Positions 9,509 through 19,823 of a DNA stretch of 64,000 nucleotides are shown piece by piece. The translations under genes and the position numbers were made by a program. The notes under the pieces were generated by a model. That model made no database searches. It saw only the letters and a list, made by a program, of their open reading frames with translations, and had not been told where the DNA came from. The DNA lies in assembly GCA_963803435.1 (NCBI GenBank), contig CAWDML010000003.1, forward strand, positions 1,037,781 through 1,101,780, given 5' to 3'. Every line of letters begins with the position of its first letter. Position 1 is the first letter of the stretch. This DNA comes from an uncultured delta proteobacterium. GTDB lineage: Bacteria; Myxococcota; Kuafuiibacteriia; Kuafuiibacteriales; Kuafuiibacteriaceae.

Positions 9509-11028
9509 GCCGCCAGCGGGGGGATGCCGTCCGCCGACAGCAGCTGCCGCTTCAAGCGCTTGGCCACGAAGATGCCGAGCGGGATCAGGAGCACGGTGCC
9601 GGCGGCCGCGGTCGACAGCTCGACGCGGATCGGGATGAAGCGCCGGAGCAGGTAGGGGAGGCCGGCGCCGAGGAATGCCAGCACGAAGCCGAGCAGGGTC
9701 CACTTGGCGTCGCCCTTGGCCGCCGGGATCCCGTGGCGGCGCAGCTGCAGGACGACCACGATCTGCCCGCACATCGAGCCCATGCCCATGCCCACCAGGA
9801 AGCCGCCCAGTCCGAACAGGTGGAACAGCCCGAGCGCCGAGCACGCCGATACGGTCAGCTTGATGAGGTTGGCGAAGGCCTGGCTCTGGGCGTCACCGAC
9901 CGCCAGCAGCGCCTTCGAGTGGGCCTCCTGAAGGTGGAGGAACCAGGTCCCGATCATCGCGATCTGCACCATCCAGCCGGCGTCGAGATAGCGATTGTCG
10001 TAGAAGACCCAGTAGAAGGCCGGGGCGAAGAACACCATCCCGAGGATCGCGAACAGCCCCGCCGAGAGGACCAGCTTCTGGCCGTGGAGGAAGTACGCGT
10101 TGAGCGTCGCCGGATCCTTGCGGGCGCCTTCCGAGAGCGCGGGCAGGAGCACCGAGCCCACCACCATGCCGGCGACCTCGATCGGGATGAACGCGAGCGT
10201 GGCGGCCAGGTAATAGACGCCGACGTCGCCGAGGTTGAGGAGCTTGCCGAGGAGCAGGTAGTCGAGGCGGTTCGCGAGATACGTGACCAGCGTGGAGAGG
10301 AAGATCCACTTGCCGAAGCCGAAGATCGCCCGCGCCGCCTCCGGCTCGAGCTGGAAGCGGTTGCGGATGCCGGGGAGGATCGTGTGCGTGAGCATCGTGC
10401 GCACGCCCGCCGCGGTGACCGAGCCGACCACGAGCGCCCAGACGCTCCGGTAGACATACGCGAACGAGATCATGACCACCATCGCGCACGCCTGGCTGGT
10501 CATCTCGACGGCGACCACCCGCCCGAGCCGGATCTTCCGTCGCATGCTGGCGATGTTGGTGGAGTCGAACCCGTTGAAGAGGGCCGAGATGCAGGCCACC
10601 GGGGCCAACGTGAGCAGGTTGGGCTGCTCGTAGAAGAGGGAGAGCGGGTACGCGAAGAGGAGGCCGAGGAGCAAGAGCGACACACCCCGCATGACCTGGA
10701 TCGTCCAGGCCGTGTTGAGGAAGACCGGCTCGTCGCCCCGCTTGTGCTGGATGATGTTCGGCAGGATCCCGACGTCGGAGATCATGCTCAGACCCATGAC
10801 GAGGAAGTTCACCATCGTCATCAGGCCGAACGCCTCCGGGAACAGGAGGCGCGACAGGACCATGTTGCTGATCAACCGCAGCATCTTGCTGCCGCCCTGG
10901 CCGAAGAGGCTGATCAGGGTGCCCCGGATGACCCGCTGCTTGATGTTCTCCTTGGGGGCTTCGACGACGACCGGGGTGGGAGGATCCAACACCGCAGGCT
11001 GATCGAAGGGGTCGGGGGCGCTGCTCAT
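9496..11028 (-). CDS. wzx: Oligosaccharide flippase (Wzx/PST family)
   Basis: LSRLLFPEAFGL, SDVGI, LNTAWT and DYLLLGKLL...GVYYLA motifs; many transmembrane segments. Confidence 0.85.
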   Translation of the reverse strand: MSSAPDPFDQPAVLDPPTPVVVEAPKENIKQRVIRGTLISLFGQGGSKMLRLISNMVLSRLLFPEAFGLMTMVNFLVMGLSMISDVGILPNIIQHKRGDEPVFLNTAWTIQVMRGVSLLLLGLLFAYPLSLFYEQPNLLTLAPVACISALFNGFDSTNIASMRRKIRLGRVVAVEMTSQACAMVVMISFAYVYRSVWALVVGSVTAAGVRTMLTHTILPGIRNRFQLEPEAARAIFGFGKWIFLSTLVTYLANRLDYLLLGKLLNLGDVGVYYLAATLAFIPIEVAGMVVGSVLLPALSEGARKDPATLNAYFLHGQKLVLSAGLFAILGMVFFAPAFYWVFYDNRYLDAGWMVQIAMIGTWFLHLQEAHSKALLAVGDAQSQAFANLIKLTVSACSALGLFHLFGLGGFLVGMGMGSMCGQIVVVLQLRRHGIPAAKGDAKWTLLGFVLAFLGAGLPYLLRRFIPIRVELSTAAAGTVLLIPLGIFVAKRLKRQLLSADGIPPLAAHSP

Positions 11029-11115
11029 TCCTCGTTACAACCGCGCTCGGCGCCGGTGCGCTTCGCGTGGCCTCAACAATGACAGACAGGACCTCGGGAT
11101 CCCAGCGGCGAATCG

Positions 11116-12468
11116 CTACAGACCTGCGAGCGGTCCCGTCGGAAGACCGGCCGGCCCAAACGAGGTGTCGGGGAAGCCGAAGGCGTTGAGCACCGATGTG
11201 TAGAGCTGCATCGTGTCGTGCTGGCTCACGGTGTCGTAGTTATTGGCAGGGTGATTGATGAAACGACCCGTGGGTACGCCGGGGTTACCGGCCAGGAGGA
11301 TCGCAAGGTTGTTGCGGTTATGGACCGAGCCGTCGCCGAAGTCGCTCAACCAGAGAACATAGGTCGAGTCGAGCAGGGTCCCGTTGTCGTCGGTGACCGC
11401 CGCCAGACGATCGAGCAGCATACGGAACATCTCGGTATAGAACCGGAATCCTACCTGCAGGGCGGCTTCGCTCTGCCCCTGGTGAACCATCGTGTGCCAG
11501 GTGTCATAGCCGGGCTGGAGGATCGGCCCGCCGTTGTAGCTCAACCATGGGAACCGGGGATCCTGCCCGGTGCCGAAGTAGACCGTCCCGACGTGGGTGC
11601 GCCCGCACGCGAACGCCATGGTCATGAGCTCGATCATGAGGGGCGCGGTGACGTTGTCGTCGACCGGGAAGTTGTAGCCCGCCGGCGGATCGATCACGGG
11701 CAGCGCGCAAGCGTTGCTGACCGGGGCCTGGGTCAGCCGGTGCTCGAGGCTGCGCACCTTCTCGGCATGGGCGTCGAGGCGCTCGCGGTCCTCGGCGCCG
11801 ACATGGCTGCGGAGGCTGTCGAAGCTCCCCTTCACGGCGTCGAGCACGCTCTGGCGCCGCATCCGGAGCCGGGCCAGCGCCGGGTCCTCCATCCCGTCGG
11901 GCGCGAACCCGCCGAAGACGCGATCGAACGCCACGCGCGGGTCGGCCAGGCTGGTCACCGGATCGTTGGCGCCGTAGTGGAAGATGCCGCTCCGGATGGT
12001 GTTACCCACGGTGCCGTCCATCCCCACCGCCAGGTTGATCGAAGAGAACGGGACGTCGCCTCCGAGACGATTGGCGAGCTCCTGATCGAGCGAGATCCAA
12101 TCCGACAGCCCCTGCCAGGGCTCGGCGTTGCCATAGCCGCCGCCGGTCATGAGGTTGTTGCGGGCCTTGTTGTGATCGTCGCCCGTGGTGAGACGGTGCG
12201 CGGCTCCGTTGCCCACGCCGTGGACCACGATGACGCGATCCTTCACCTCGTTGAGCGGCTCGAGCAGGTAGGGCAGGGTGAAGTCGGTCTCGCTGCCCGA
12301 GGGCCGCCAGCTCCGCATCACCGTCCCCTGGTGATGGAAGAAGACGAGCAGGCGTTTCGGTGTCCGCGTCTGGGCGAACGCCTTCGCCGGACGCATGACG
12401 TCGAGGAACGGCAGCGCCAGCGTCGCGCCTCCGATCCCGCGAAGGAGGGTCCTGCGGGTGATCTTCAC
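11116..12468 (-). CDS. DUF1552 domain-containing protein (Tat-exported)
   Basis: Tat signal TRRTLLRG...LALPFL; ISLDQ, DPRVAFDRVFG, SVLDAV, RLDAH and GTLLDST...SDFGDG motifs; coupled downstream of a DUF1592 gene. Confidence 0.85.
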   Translation of the reverse strand: MKITRRTLLRGIGGATLALPFLDVMRPAKAFAQTRTPKRLLVFFHHQGTVMRSWRPSGSETDFTLPYLLEPLNEVKDRVIVVHGVGNGAAHRLTTGDDHNKARNNLMTGGGYGNAEPWQGLSDWISLDQELANRLGGDVPFSSINLAVGMDGTVGNTIRSGIFHYGANDPVTSLADPRVAFDRVFGGFAPDGMEDPALARLRMRRQSVLDAVKGSFDSLRSHVGAEDRERLDAHAEKVRSLEHRLTQAPVSNACALPVIDPPAGYNFPVDDNVTAPLMIELMTMAFACGRTHVGTVYFGTGQDPRFPWLSYNGGPILQPGYDTWHTMVHQGQSEAALQVGFRFYTEMFRMLLDRLAAVTDDNGTLLDSTYVLWLSDFGDGSVHNRNNLAILLAGNPGVPTGRFINHPANNYDTVSQHDTMQLYTSVLNAFGFPDTSFGPAGLPTGPLAGL

Positions 12469-14453
12469 TGAGCGGTCCTCCGGTAGCGGAACGCGTCGCT
12501 CTCGACGATCCCGAGCATCAGATCCTGAACGTTGCCTCCGTTGCCGGTGAAGCGCTGCTGCACGCGCGAGAGGCTGCAGTCACCTTCGGTCTCCACGCGG
12601 CCGATCGCGTAGCGGTACCACTGCGCAGCGTAGCAGTCGCGGACGACCGAGGACTCCACCAGCCGGTCCGTGAGGTCGAGGGCGTCCTCGAACTCGATCG
12701 ACAGATCCTGGTACGCGCCGTAGGTGTCGATGTCTCGGCCGTTGGCGTAGACGTCGCGGAACTGGCCGATGCCGTCGTAGCGCTCGAACGCGAAGCCCAG
12801 CGGATCGATCTTGTCGTGACAGGCGGCGCAGGCCGCCTCCTGGCGGTGCATCGCGAAGCGTTCGCGGATGGTGGAGCCGTCGATCTGCGGGATCTCGCCG
12901 GCCACCAGGCCCGGCGGGATCACCAGGTCCTGACACAGCATGTTGCGGATGACGAAGACGCCGCGCGCGATCGGCGCAGAGGAGGCGTCGTGCGCGTGCT
13001 TGGTGAGAAAGGCGGCGCGCGTGAGCAGGCCGGAGCGCTCGTCGTTCGGCAGCGTGACCTCGCGGAAGTCCCCCGGTCCGCTCGAGCCGGAGTCGACGCC
13101 GTAGATCGGATCGAGCAGCGTGTCGCTGAACGACGTCCGCGTGGTCAGCAGATCGGTGAGGTTGCCGTTCTTGGTGAACACGACGTCGGCCACCACCCGA
13201 TCGATCTCCTGAACCATGGAGCGCGCGAGCGCGGGCGAATAGGTGGGATAGACCGACGCGTCCTTCTGGAGCTCGTCGAGCGCGAAGAGCCGCAGCCAGT
13301 CGCGGTGGAAGGCGGCCACCACCTCCTTGGCCCGTGGGTCGGCGATCATGCGCTCGGCCTGGCCAGCCAGGACGTCCGGATCGGTGAGGCTGCCGTCGGC
13401 CGCGAGCGCGAAGAGGGCCTCGTCCGGCATGGTGTTCCAGAAGAAGTAGGAGAGCCGCTGCGCCACGGCGTAGGCGTCGACCGCCTCCACGCCCTCGCCG
13501 GCCGGGGTGCCGTCGAGGTCGTCGATGTAGAGGAACTGCGGAGACTGGAGGGCCGTCTCGATGATCATGCCGACCTTCTCGGGCAGGTCGAAGTCCGGCA
13601 GCTGATAGATCGACATGAGGATCGCCCGCTCTTCGTCGCGGAGCGGGTGGCGATACGCGTGGAGCCCGAACCGATCGACGAAGGCAGCCACGCACTCCGC
13701 CTCGCTCTGCCCGGTGGCGCACTCGAGCAGCCCGCCCAGATCCTGCGTGGCCTGGGCGGAGATCGACTCGGCGGACAGCAGGATGTCCTCGGCCTTCGAC
13801 TCGGACACGATGTTCGCGTTGATGAACGTGGTGAAGCCGGCGGTGATGAGCGTCTCGGGGAAGAGCCCGGCGGGATCGACGCGGCCGGCGAACAGATCCC
13901 GGACCGTGTTCTCGTACTGGATGGAGGTCAGCGGGCGGAGCGGGCTCTCGCCGGGGTGCGGACCCGGAGTGGTGCACTCGTTCGGGGCCTCGCCGACGTA
14001 GCACTCTTCGGGGTGGTCGAACCGGAAGACCAGCTCTTGCATCTCTTGAAACCGGTCGTCCTCCACCGGGAAGCGCCGCCCGCCGCCGTGGGAGACGGAC
14101 AGCGTCGGCTTGAGCAGGATGATCGACATGCCGTCGACCGCGTTCTCGGCCACCGACTTCAGGGTCTCGTAGTTGTGCGCCAGGTAGTCGGGCTGATCGG
14201 GCAGCTCGAGGATCAGCCGCGTCTGCCCGGCGAAGCCGCCCATGTGGTGGCAGTTCATGCAGTCGGGCTCCAGGATCTGCGCCGAGATCACGTCGCGGAA
14301 GAAGTCCTGGTTCGTGGGACAGGGGCGATCCGTGGCGTCGATGGGGCCCGTGATCCGCTCGGCGACCCAGCAGCCTGTGAGCGAGATCAGGAGCAGCGAA
14401 ACGGCGCGCCTCAAACTGCGCGGATGGTATCGCCTCCCCTCTTCGAGAACCAA
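12465..14453 (-). CDS. DUF1587/1595/1592/1588/1585 domain protein with c-type haem motifs
   Basis: LTSIQYENTVRDL, ALQSPQFLY, RLSYFFWNTMPD, RSGLLT, CAACHDKIDPLGFAFERYDGIG; N-terminal CMNCH; lipobox-like LTGC. Exact start uncertain. Confidence 0.88.
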   Translation of the reverse strand: MVLEEGRRYHPRSLRRAVSLLLISLTGCWVAERITGPIDATDRPCPTNQDFFRDVISAQILEPDCMNCHHMGGFAGQTRLILELPDQPDYLAHNYETLKSVAENAVDGMSIILLKPTLSVSHGGGRRFPVEDDRFQEMQELVFRFDHPEECYVGEAPNECTTPGPHPGESPLRPLTSIQYENTVRDLFAGRVDPAGLFPETLITAGFTTFINANIVSESKAEDILLSAESISAQATQDLGGLLECATGQSEAECVAAFVDRFGLHAYRHPLRDEERAILMSIYQLPDFDLPEKVGMIIETALQSPQFLYIDDLDGTPAGEGVEAVDAYAVAQRLSYFFWNTMPDEALFALAADGSLTDPDVLAGQAERMIADPRAKEVVAAFHRDWLRLFALDELQKDASVYPTYSPALARSMVQEIDRVVADVVFTKNGNLTDLLTTRTSFSDTLLDPIYGVDSGSSGPGDFREVTLPNDERSGLLTRAAFLTKHAHDASSAPIARGVFVIRNMLCQDLVIPPGLVAGEIPQIDGSTIRERFAMHRQEAACAACHDKIDPLGFAFERYDGIGQFRDVYANGRDIDTYGAYQDLSIEFEDALDLTDRLVESSVVRDCYAAQWYRYAIGRVETEGDCSLSRVQQRFTGNGGNVQDLMLGIVESDAFRYRRTAQ

Positions 14454-14524
14454 CGTTCCAAAACCCGTGTGGGGAACGGGCGGGCGTGGGTCGGAGTGAC
14501 GACGGTCGAGTAACCGATGAGGCG

Positions 14525-15865
14525 CTACGCGAGGGCCTCGCCCGGCGTGAACAGCGCGCTGTGGAGGCTCCTGACGGCCTTACCGATCTCGGCGTCGTCG
14601 ATCAGGAGCCCGATGTTGATGTTGTTGGCGCCGTGGGAAACCATCTCGACGTTCACGCCGGCGTCGCGAAGCGCCCCAAAGACGCGCGCTCCGAGGCCGG
14701 TCTGGTGTTTCACATTGCGACCGACGATCGAGACGATCGTCTTGTCCCGCGCCACCGTGACCCGCCCGTGCTGCGACAGCGCGTCCTGCAGCTCCTGAAG
14801 ATCCGTGAGCATGGGCGTCGTCATGGACACCGAGATGTGTGAGGTCGAGATCATGTCGACGTCGATCCGGAGGCGTCCCATGATCTCGAAGACGCGGGCC
14901 AGGAACCCGTGCTGGCCGAGCATCGTCGGATTCTCGATGGTGATCACCCACTGCCGCTCCTTGTAGGCGATCGAGGTGATCGGATCGGTGGCCTCACCGC
15001 CGTCCACCGTGATCACCGTGCCCGGGTGATGGGGGCGGTTGGTGTTGAGGACACGGACCGGCACGTTCCTCTCGACGGCGGGCAAGAGCGTGCTGGGGTG
15101 GAGGACGCGGCCGCCGTACTGCGCCAGCTCGCTGGCCTCGGCGAAGCTCATCCGCGGGATGCTGCGGGCGCTCGGGATCAAGCTCGGATCCGCGGTCATC
15201 ACGCCGTCGGTGTCGGTCCAGATCTCGCACTCCTCGGCGCCGAGGGCCGCGGCGAACACGGTGGCGGTGTAGTCGCTGCCGTTGCGACCGACCGTGGTGA
15301 TCTCGCCGCTGTGCGTCTTGCCGATGAACCCCGTGACGATCGGGACCATACCCGCCCCCACCTTCTCCTGGTACGCGGTGCGCATCAGCTGCTCGTGACC
15401 CTTGATCGGTCGCGCCTGGCCGAAGGTCTCCCCGGTGATGAAGCCCAGCTCGAACGCATCGAAGGCCCGAGCCGCCATGCCCTGCGCAGAGAAGAAGGCG
15501 GCGATCACCCGTGTGCTGAGGCGCTCACCGAAGCTCTGCACGAAGTCGAGGACGCGAGGGCTGACCTCCCGGACCAACGAGATGCCGCGCAGGACGTCCT
15601 CGAGCTCCCGGTAGAAGCCGTCGAGCATCGTCGGGTCGACACCGAGGGTCTCGACGACCCGGCGCTGGCGATCGATGATCGGTGCGGCATCCGGATCGCC
15701 CTTGGCGGCGCGGCGGGCGGCGCCGATCAACAGATCGGTCACGCCTTTGTGGGCGGAGCACACGACCAGCGGCCTTCGGGAGGCGCGCCCCTTCACGATC
15801 TCGAAGACCTTTTGGATCTGCTCTGCGTCCGCGACGCTCGAGCCGCCAAACTTCATGACCAGCAT
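14525..15865 (-). CDS. lysC: Aspartate kinase
   Basis: [36 protein letters not shown] and two ACT domains. Confidence 0.92.
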   Translation of the reverse strand: MLVMKFGGSSVADAEQIQKVFEIVKGRASRRPLVVCSAHKGVTDLLIGAARRAAKGDPDAAPIIDRQRRVVETLGVDPTMLDGFYRELEDVLRGISLVREVSPRVLDFVQSFGERLSTRVIAAFFSAQGMAARAFDAFELGFITGETFGQARPIKGHEQLMRTAYQEKVGAGMVPIVTGFIGKTHSGEITTVGRNGSDYTATVFAAALGAEECEIWTDTDGVMTADPSLIPSARSIPRMSFAEASELAQYGGRVLHPSTLLPAVERNVPVRVLNTNRPHHPGTVITVDGGEATDPITSIAYKERQWVITIENPTMLGQHGFLARVFEIMGRLRIDVDMISTSHISVSMTTPMLTDLQELQDALSQHGRVTVARDKTIVSIVGRNVKHQTGLGARVFGALRDAGVNVEMVSHGANNINIGLLIDDAEIGKAVRSLHSALFTPGEALA

Positions 15866-15913
15866 GGCCCGGACTAGCAATGCCGCGATGCCGTGCGTCA
15901 AGACGGTGCTGGC

Positions 15914-17743
15914 ATGATCGTGCCCGACTACGGCAGTATCCGGGTCACCCTGGCGAAGAAGGACGACCAGCCGCCGAAGCGCCGGCGGACCACGCAGCCC
16001 GGGCACGTGGACATCCTGCTGCCCGAGCAGCAGCGGGTGAGCCCCGGCGAGGTCGCGCGGCCGGAGCCGGTCCCTGCGCTCTCGGAGTCGGACGAGCGGA
16101 TCCGACGCCTGCCCCCGAATCTGGGGACCCTCGGCCGCGGTCGGATCTTCGTCCAGAGGCCGCCCGGAGCCGTGGATCCCGCGGCCACGCCCGCGCCTCC
16201 CGCCGTGGTGGCGCCCGTACCTCGGCGGCGCTGGCCCTGGCTCCTGCTCGCGCTCCTCGTGTTCGTTGCCGGCGCTGCCGGCGGGGTGTTCCGCGATCGG
16301 ATCTTCCCGCCGGAGAAGCCAAAGCCCGTGCACGTCGCGCCCGTCCAGGAGGTCGCGCGGACGCCGCTGGCGCAGATTCCTCCGGCGGCCACGTTCTTCA
16401 ACTCGGGCCCGTTCGACGAGCAACGCCTCGGCGACGCCTTCTTCGCGCCGGACGGCCGCCGCTACGCGTTCCTCTTCCGCGAGGGGGGCGAGTACGGCTT
16501 CGCCGGCGCCGGACGGGAGAAGACGCCCAACATGCTCGATCTGAACGGGCGGCGCATTCACCTCGGGATTGCGGTCGCGCAGGAGGCGAGCGCCCGTCGC
16601 GCCGGCTACTTCCCGGCGACGGACCGCTTCTGGTACCTCGCCCGCACGGGCGACGGCCAGCGGCTGATCCTCGAGGACGATCAGAGCGAGGTCTTCGACA
16701 CCATCGGCGCGCCCATCGAGGCGCTGCACGACAAGGAGATTGGCTACACCGGCAAGCGCGGCGACCACTGGTTCGTGATCGTCGGCGACTGGACCAGCGC
16801 CCCGTACGACGCGCCGATCCGCGGGCCCTGGTTCAGCCCGAACGGGGACGGCTTCGCGTTCCTGGTGGGCGGCGACGGCGAGCGCCTGCGGCGCGGACAA
16901 CGGCAGGTCGTGATCTGCGACCTCGCCACCAAGGCCTGCGACAAGCGCCCGAACAACCCCGCCCGTGCGATCGAGGAGTTCCTTCAGGTCGGCAACGAGG
17001 ACGAGCTCTTCTTCGCCCTCGATTGGTATGGGCGCGAGTCGACCGGCGACGCCAACGAGGACCTGGAGAAGATGGCGATCTCCAAGCGGGGCGGCCGGTG
17101 GCAATATGCGGTCATCACGAGGGCGAGCGCCAGCCTGGTCGACGTTCCGCTCGGCGAGCAGGCCGTCGATCTGGGGGAGCTCGCCGAACGATCCGGGATC
17201 GATCGCCCCTGGGTGGACCGCATCGTCGTCAGCCCCGACGGTCAGAGCATCGCGATGGTGGTGGCCGGCCGCAATTACGTCGCCGGGGACGGCATCATGC
17301 TCCACCGGACCAAGGACGGTCAGGTGGAGACCGTGCCGGAGTACGTGCGCTGCAAGTTCGCTTCGCGACCGTTCGCCCGCCGCGACTGGCTGGTGATGAG
17401 CAAGGACGAATCGAAGATCGCCTACTGCACGCTCGAGCCCGCGGTCGGTGAGCGCGTGGTGATCAATGAGCACAAGCTGAAGCCGTACACGTTCGTGATG
17501 AGCCGGCCCGTCTTCTCCCCGGACGGGCAGACCGTCGCTTACTTCGCGATCCAGGAGCGCAAGTGGTACCTCGTGGCAGGCCTCCGGGAGGAGGGCCCCT
17601 ACGACGAGCTCTTCGGCGAGCCCCACTTCAGCGCGGACGGCAACCACATCTGGTACGGCGCTCGGCGTGGCCGCACGATCTACTTCGTGAAGCTCTCATT
17701 GAAACCGCTCGCGCAACCCGCGGACGCGACCGTGGATCTCTGA
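15914..17743 (+). CDS. Hypothetical single-pass membrane protein with TolB/WD40-like beta-propeller repeats
   Basis: Transmembrane segment WPWLLLALLVFVAGAAGG; repeated (F)SPDG/APDG/SPNG/SADG blade motifs. Confidence 0.6.
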   Translation: MIVPDYGSIRVTLAKKDDQPPKRRRTTQPGHVDILLPEQQRVSPGEVARPEPVPALSESDERIRRLPPNLGTLGRGRIFVQRPPGAVDPAATPAPPAVVAPVPRRRWPWLLLALLVFVAGAAGGVFRDRIFPPEKPKPVHVAPVQEVARTPLAQIPPAATFFNSGPFDEQRLGDAFFAPDGRRYAFLFREGGEYGFAGAGREKTPNMLDLNGRRIHLGIAVAQEASARRAGYFPATDRFWYLARTGDGQRLILEDDQSEVFDTIGAPIEALHDKEIGYTGKRGDHWFVIVGDWTSAPYDAPIRGPWFSPNGDGFAFLVGGDGERLRRGQRQVVICDLATKACDKRPNNPARAIEEFLQVGNEDELFFALDWYGRESTGDANEDLEKMAISKRGGRWQYAVITRASASLVDVPLGEQAVDLGELAERSGIDRPWVDRIVVSPDGQSIAMVVAGRNYVAGDGIMLHRTKDGQVETVPEYVRCKFASRPFARRDWLVMSKDESKIAYCTLEPAVGERVVINEHKLKPYTFVMSRPVFSPDGQTVAYFAIQERKWYLVAGLREEGPYDELFGEPHFSADGNHIWYGARRGRTIYFVKLSLKPLAQPADATVDL

Positions 17744-17758
17744 CAGGCCCGTCGATCG

Positions 17759-19212
17759 ATGCTCTTCAACTCGGTCCCGTTCCTGATCTTCTTCCCGATC
17801 GTCGTCGCGGCCTACTTCATCGTCCCGTTTCGCGCGCGATGGCTCCTGCTCCTCGCGGCCTCCTACTACTTCTACATGCAGTGGGAGCCGAGCTACGCGA
17901 TCCTGATCGTGATCTCGACCAGCCTCGACTACCTGGCGACGATGATGATGAGGAACAAGGCGTCGAAGGCCGAGCGTCGCCCCTGGCTGTTCGTCAGCCT
18001 GGCCGGCAACCTGGGGATGCTCTTCTTCTTCAAGTACTACAACTGGTTCAACCAGAACCTGATCGACGTGACCGGGCACGATCTCCTGCCCTTCTCGAAC
18101 CTCCTCCTGCCAGTGGGGATCAGCTTCTACACGTTCCAGTCTCTCAGCTACACCATCGACGTCTACCGCGGGCGCCTCGAGGCGGAGACGCACCCCGGCG
18201 TGTTCGCGCTCTACGTCGCGCTACTTCCCGCAGCTGGTGGCCGGCCCGATCGAGCGTGCCAAGAGTCTCCTCCCGCAGCTCAAGAGCGAGCACCGCTTCG
18301 ACTACAAGAACGCAACCGACGGCCTCAAGCTGATGGCTGTGGGGCATGTTCAAGAAGGTCTGTGTGGCGGACCGCCTGGCGCCCTTCACCAAGGCGGTCT
18401 TTCACGGCGATCCGCACGCGTTCCCCGGATCGGTCTTGACGCTGTCGGCCGCGTTCTTCTGCCTGCAGGTCTACTGCGACTTCTCGGGCTACTCCGACAT
18501 CGCCTGCGGGTCGGCGCAGGTGATGGGCGTCCGGTTGATGGAGAACTTCCGGCGTCCGTTCTTCTCACGAAGCATCGAGGAGCTGTGGAGGCGCTGGCAC
18601 ATGTCGCTGGTCGGCTGGATCAACGACTACGTCTACCAGCCGATCGCCTACGCGGCGCGGCGGGCCTCCAGCGCGCGCAAGCAGCTCAACGTGGTCTTCG
18701 TCTTCCTGGTCACCGGGCTGTGGCACGGCGCCAGCTGGAAGTTCGTGGCCTGGGGCGGTCTCAACGGCCTCATGGTGGTCGCGCACGTGGTCTCGCTCCC
18801 GGTTCGGCGCCGGACGATCGAGGTGCTCCGCCTCGATCGGATCCCTCGCCTCCACGCGGCCTTCTCCATCGCGTTCACGTTCATGCTCTTCTCGTTGGGC
18901 TCGGTCTTCTTCGCGGCGAAGGACTTCACCTCGGCCGCCGCCATCTTCCGTGGTCTACCCTTCGGCTGGGGCGACCTCGCCGGCCTGAAGTCGGCGCTCC
19001 TCGGCGGCGGCGCCTCGAACCTGCTGCTGCTGGCCGGCGGTATCGCCATCCTGATGGCGGGTGACATCCTCCAGGAGAAGACGGGCGGCGTGCGCCTGTG
19101 GCTCTCCTCTCGTCCCGGCTGGGTCCGCTGGTCGCTCTACTACGGGCTCGTCCTCTGGATCGTGCTGTTCGGTGTGTTCGAGCGCGAGGAGTTCGTGTAC
19201 TTCCAGTTCTAG
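17759..19212 (+). CDS. MBOAT O-acyltransferase (AlgI/DltB-like), two +1 frameshifts near 18220 and 18336
   Basis: MLFNS..FLIFF, LPVGISFYTFQSLSYTIDVY, FPQLVAGPIER, YCDFSGYSDIA, WRRWH, GLWHGA and C-terminal FVYFQF are distributed over three frames. Confidence 0.88.
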
Positions 19213-19219
19213 GTTCCGG

Positions 19220-19823
19220 ATGGCGCTCTCGCCCAAAGACGTTCGCCTCATCCGCCTGTTCGCCGCGATCGTCCTGGCGCGCTGGGACGAGGTGGAGTCG
19301 ATCCGCCGCGCCGCGCCGGGAGGCGAGCCCGACGTCGCCTGGCGGGAAGCCGTCCTGCAGACCCAGCTCTTTGCCGGGATCCCGCGTACGGTGGAGGCCT
19401 TCGAGGTGCTGGAGCGCGCCGGCGGGCTCGGGTCCCCCGCGCCGGACGAGGGCGCTCGGTGCGTGGACGACGGCCGTGCGCTCTTTGATCGCATCTATGC
19501 CGAGCTCGCCGACGACGTGGTCGCGCGCCTGGACGGCTTCCACCCCGAGCTCGCCGGATCGATCCTGGATCACGCCTACGGCCGCATCCTCTCGCGACCG
19601 GGTCTGTCGCCGGATCGCCGGGAGCTGCTCGCGGTGGTGGCGCTCGCGATCACGCGCGCAAGAGCGACAGCTCATGAGCCATCTCCGAGGCGCGGTCCGC
19701 TGCGGCGCGACTGCCGGCGAGGTCCGCGCGGCGCTCGGCGCGGTCGCCGATCTGATGGACGCGCCCGCGCGCGCCGCCGTGCGATCGCTGGTCGAGCGCT
19801 TCGCCTCCGGGGGACCGCGGTGA
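19220..19823 (+). CDS. Carboxymuconolactone decarboxylase/AhpD-like protein, +1 frameshift near 19655
   Basis: EAVLQTQLFAGIPR and HAYGRILSRPGLSPDRRELLAV in the first frame, continuing QLMSHLRGAVRCGATAGEV in the next frame; stop overlaps the next GTG. Confidence 0.7.
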
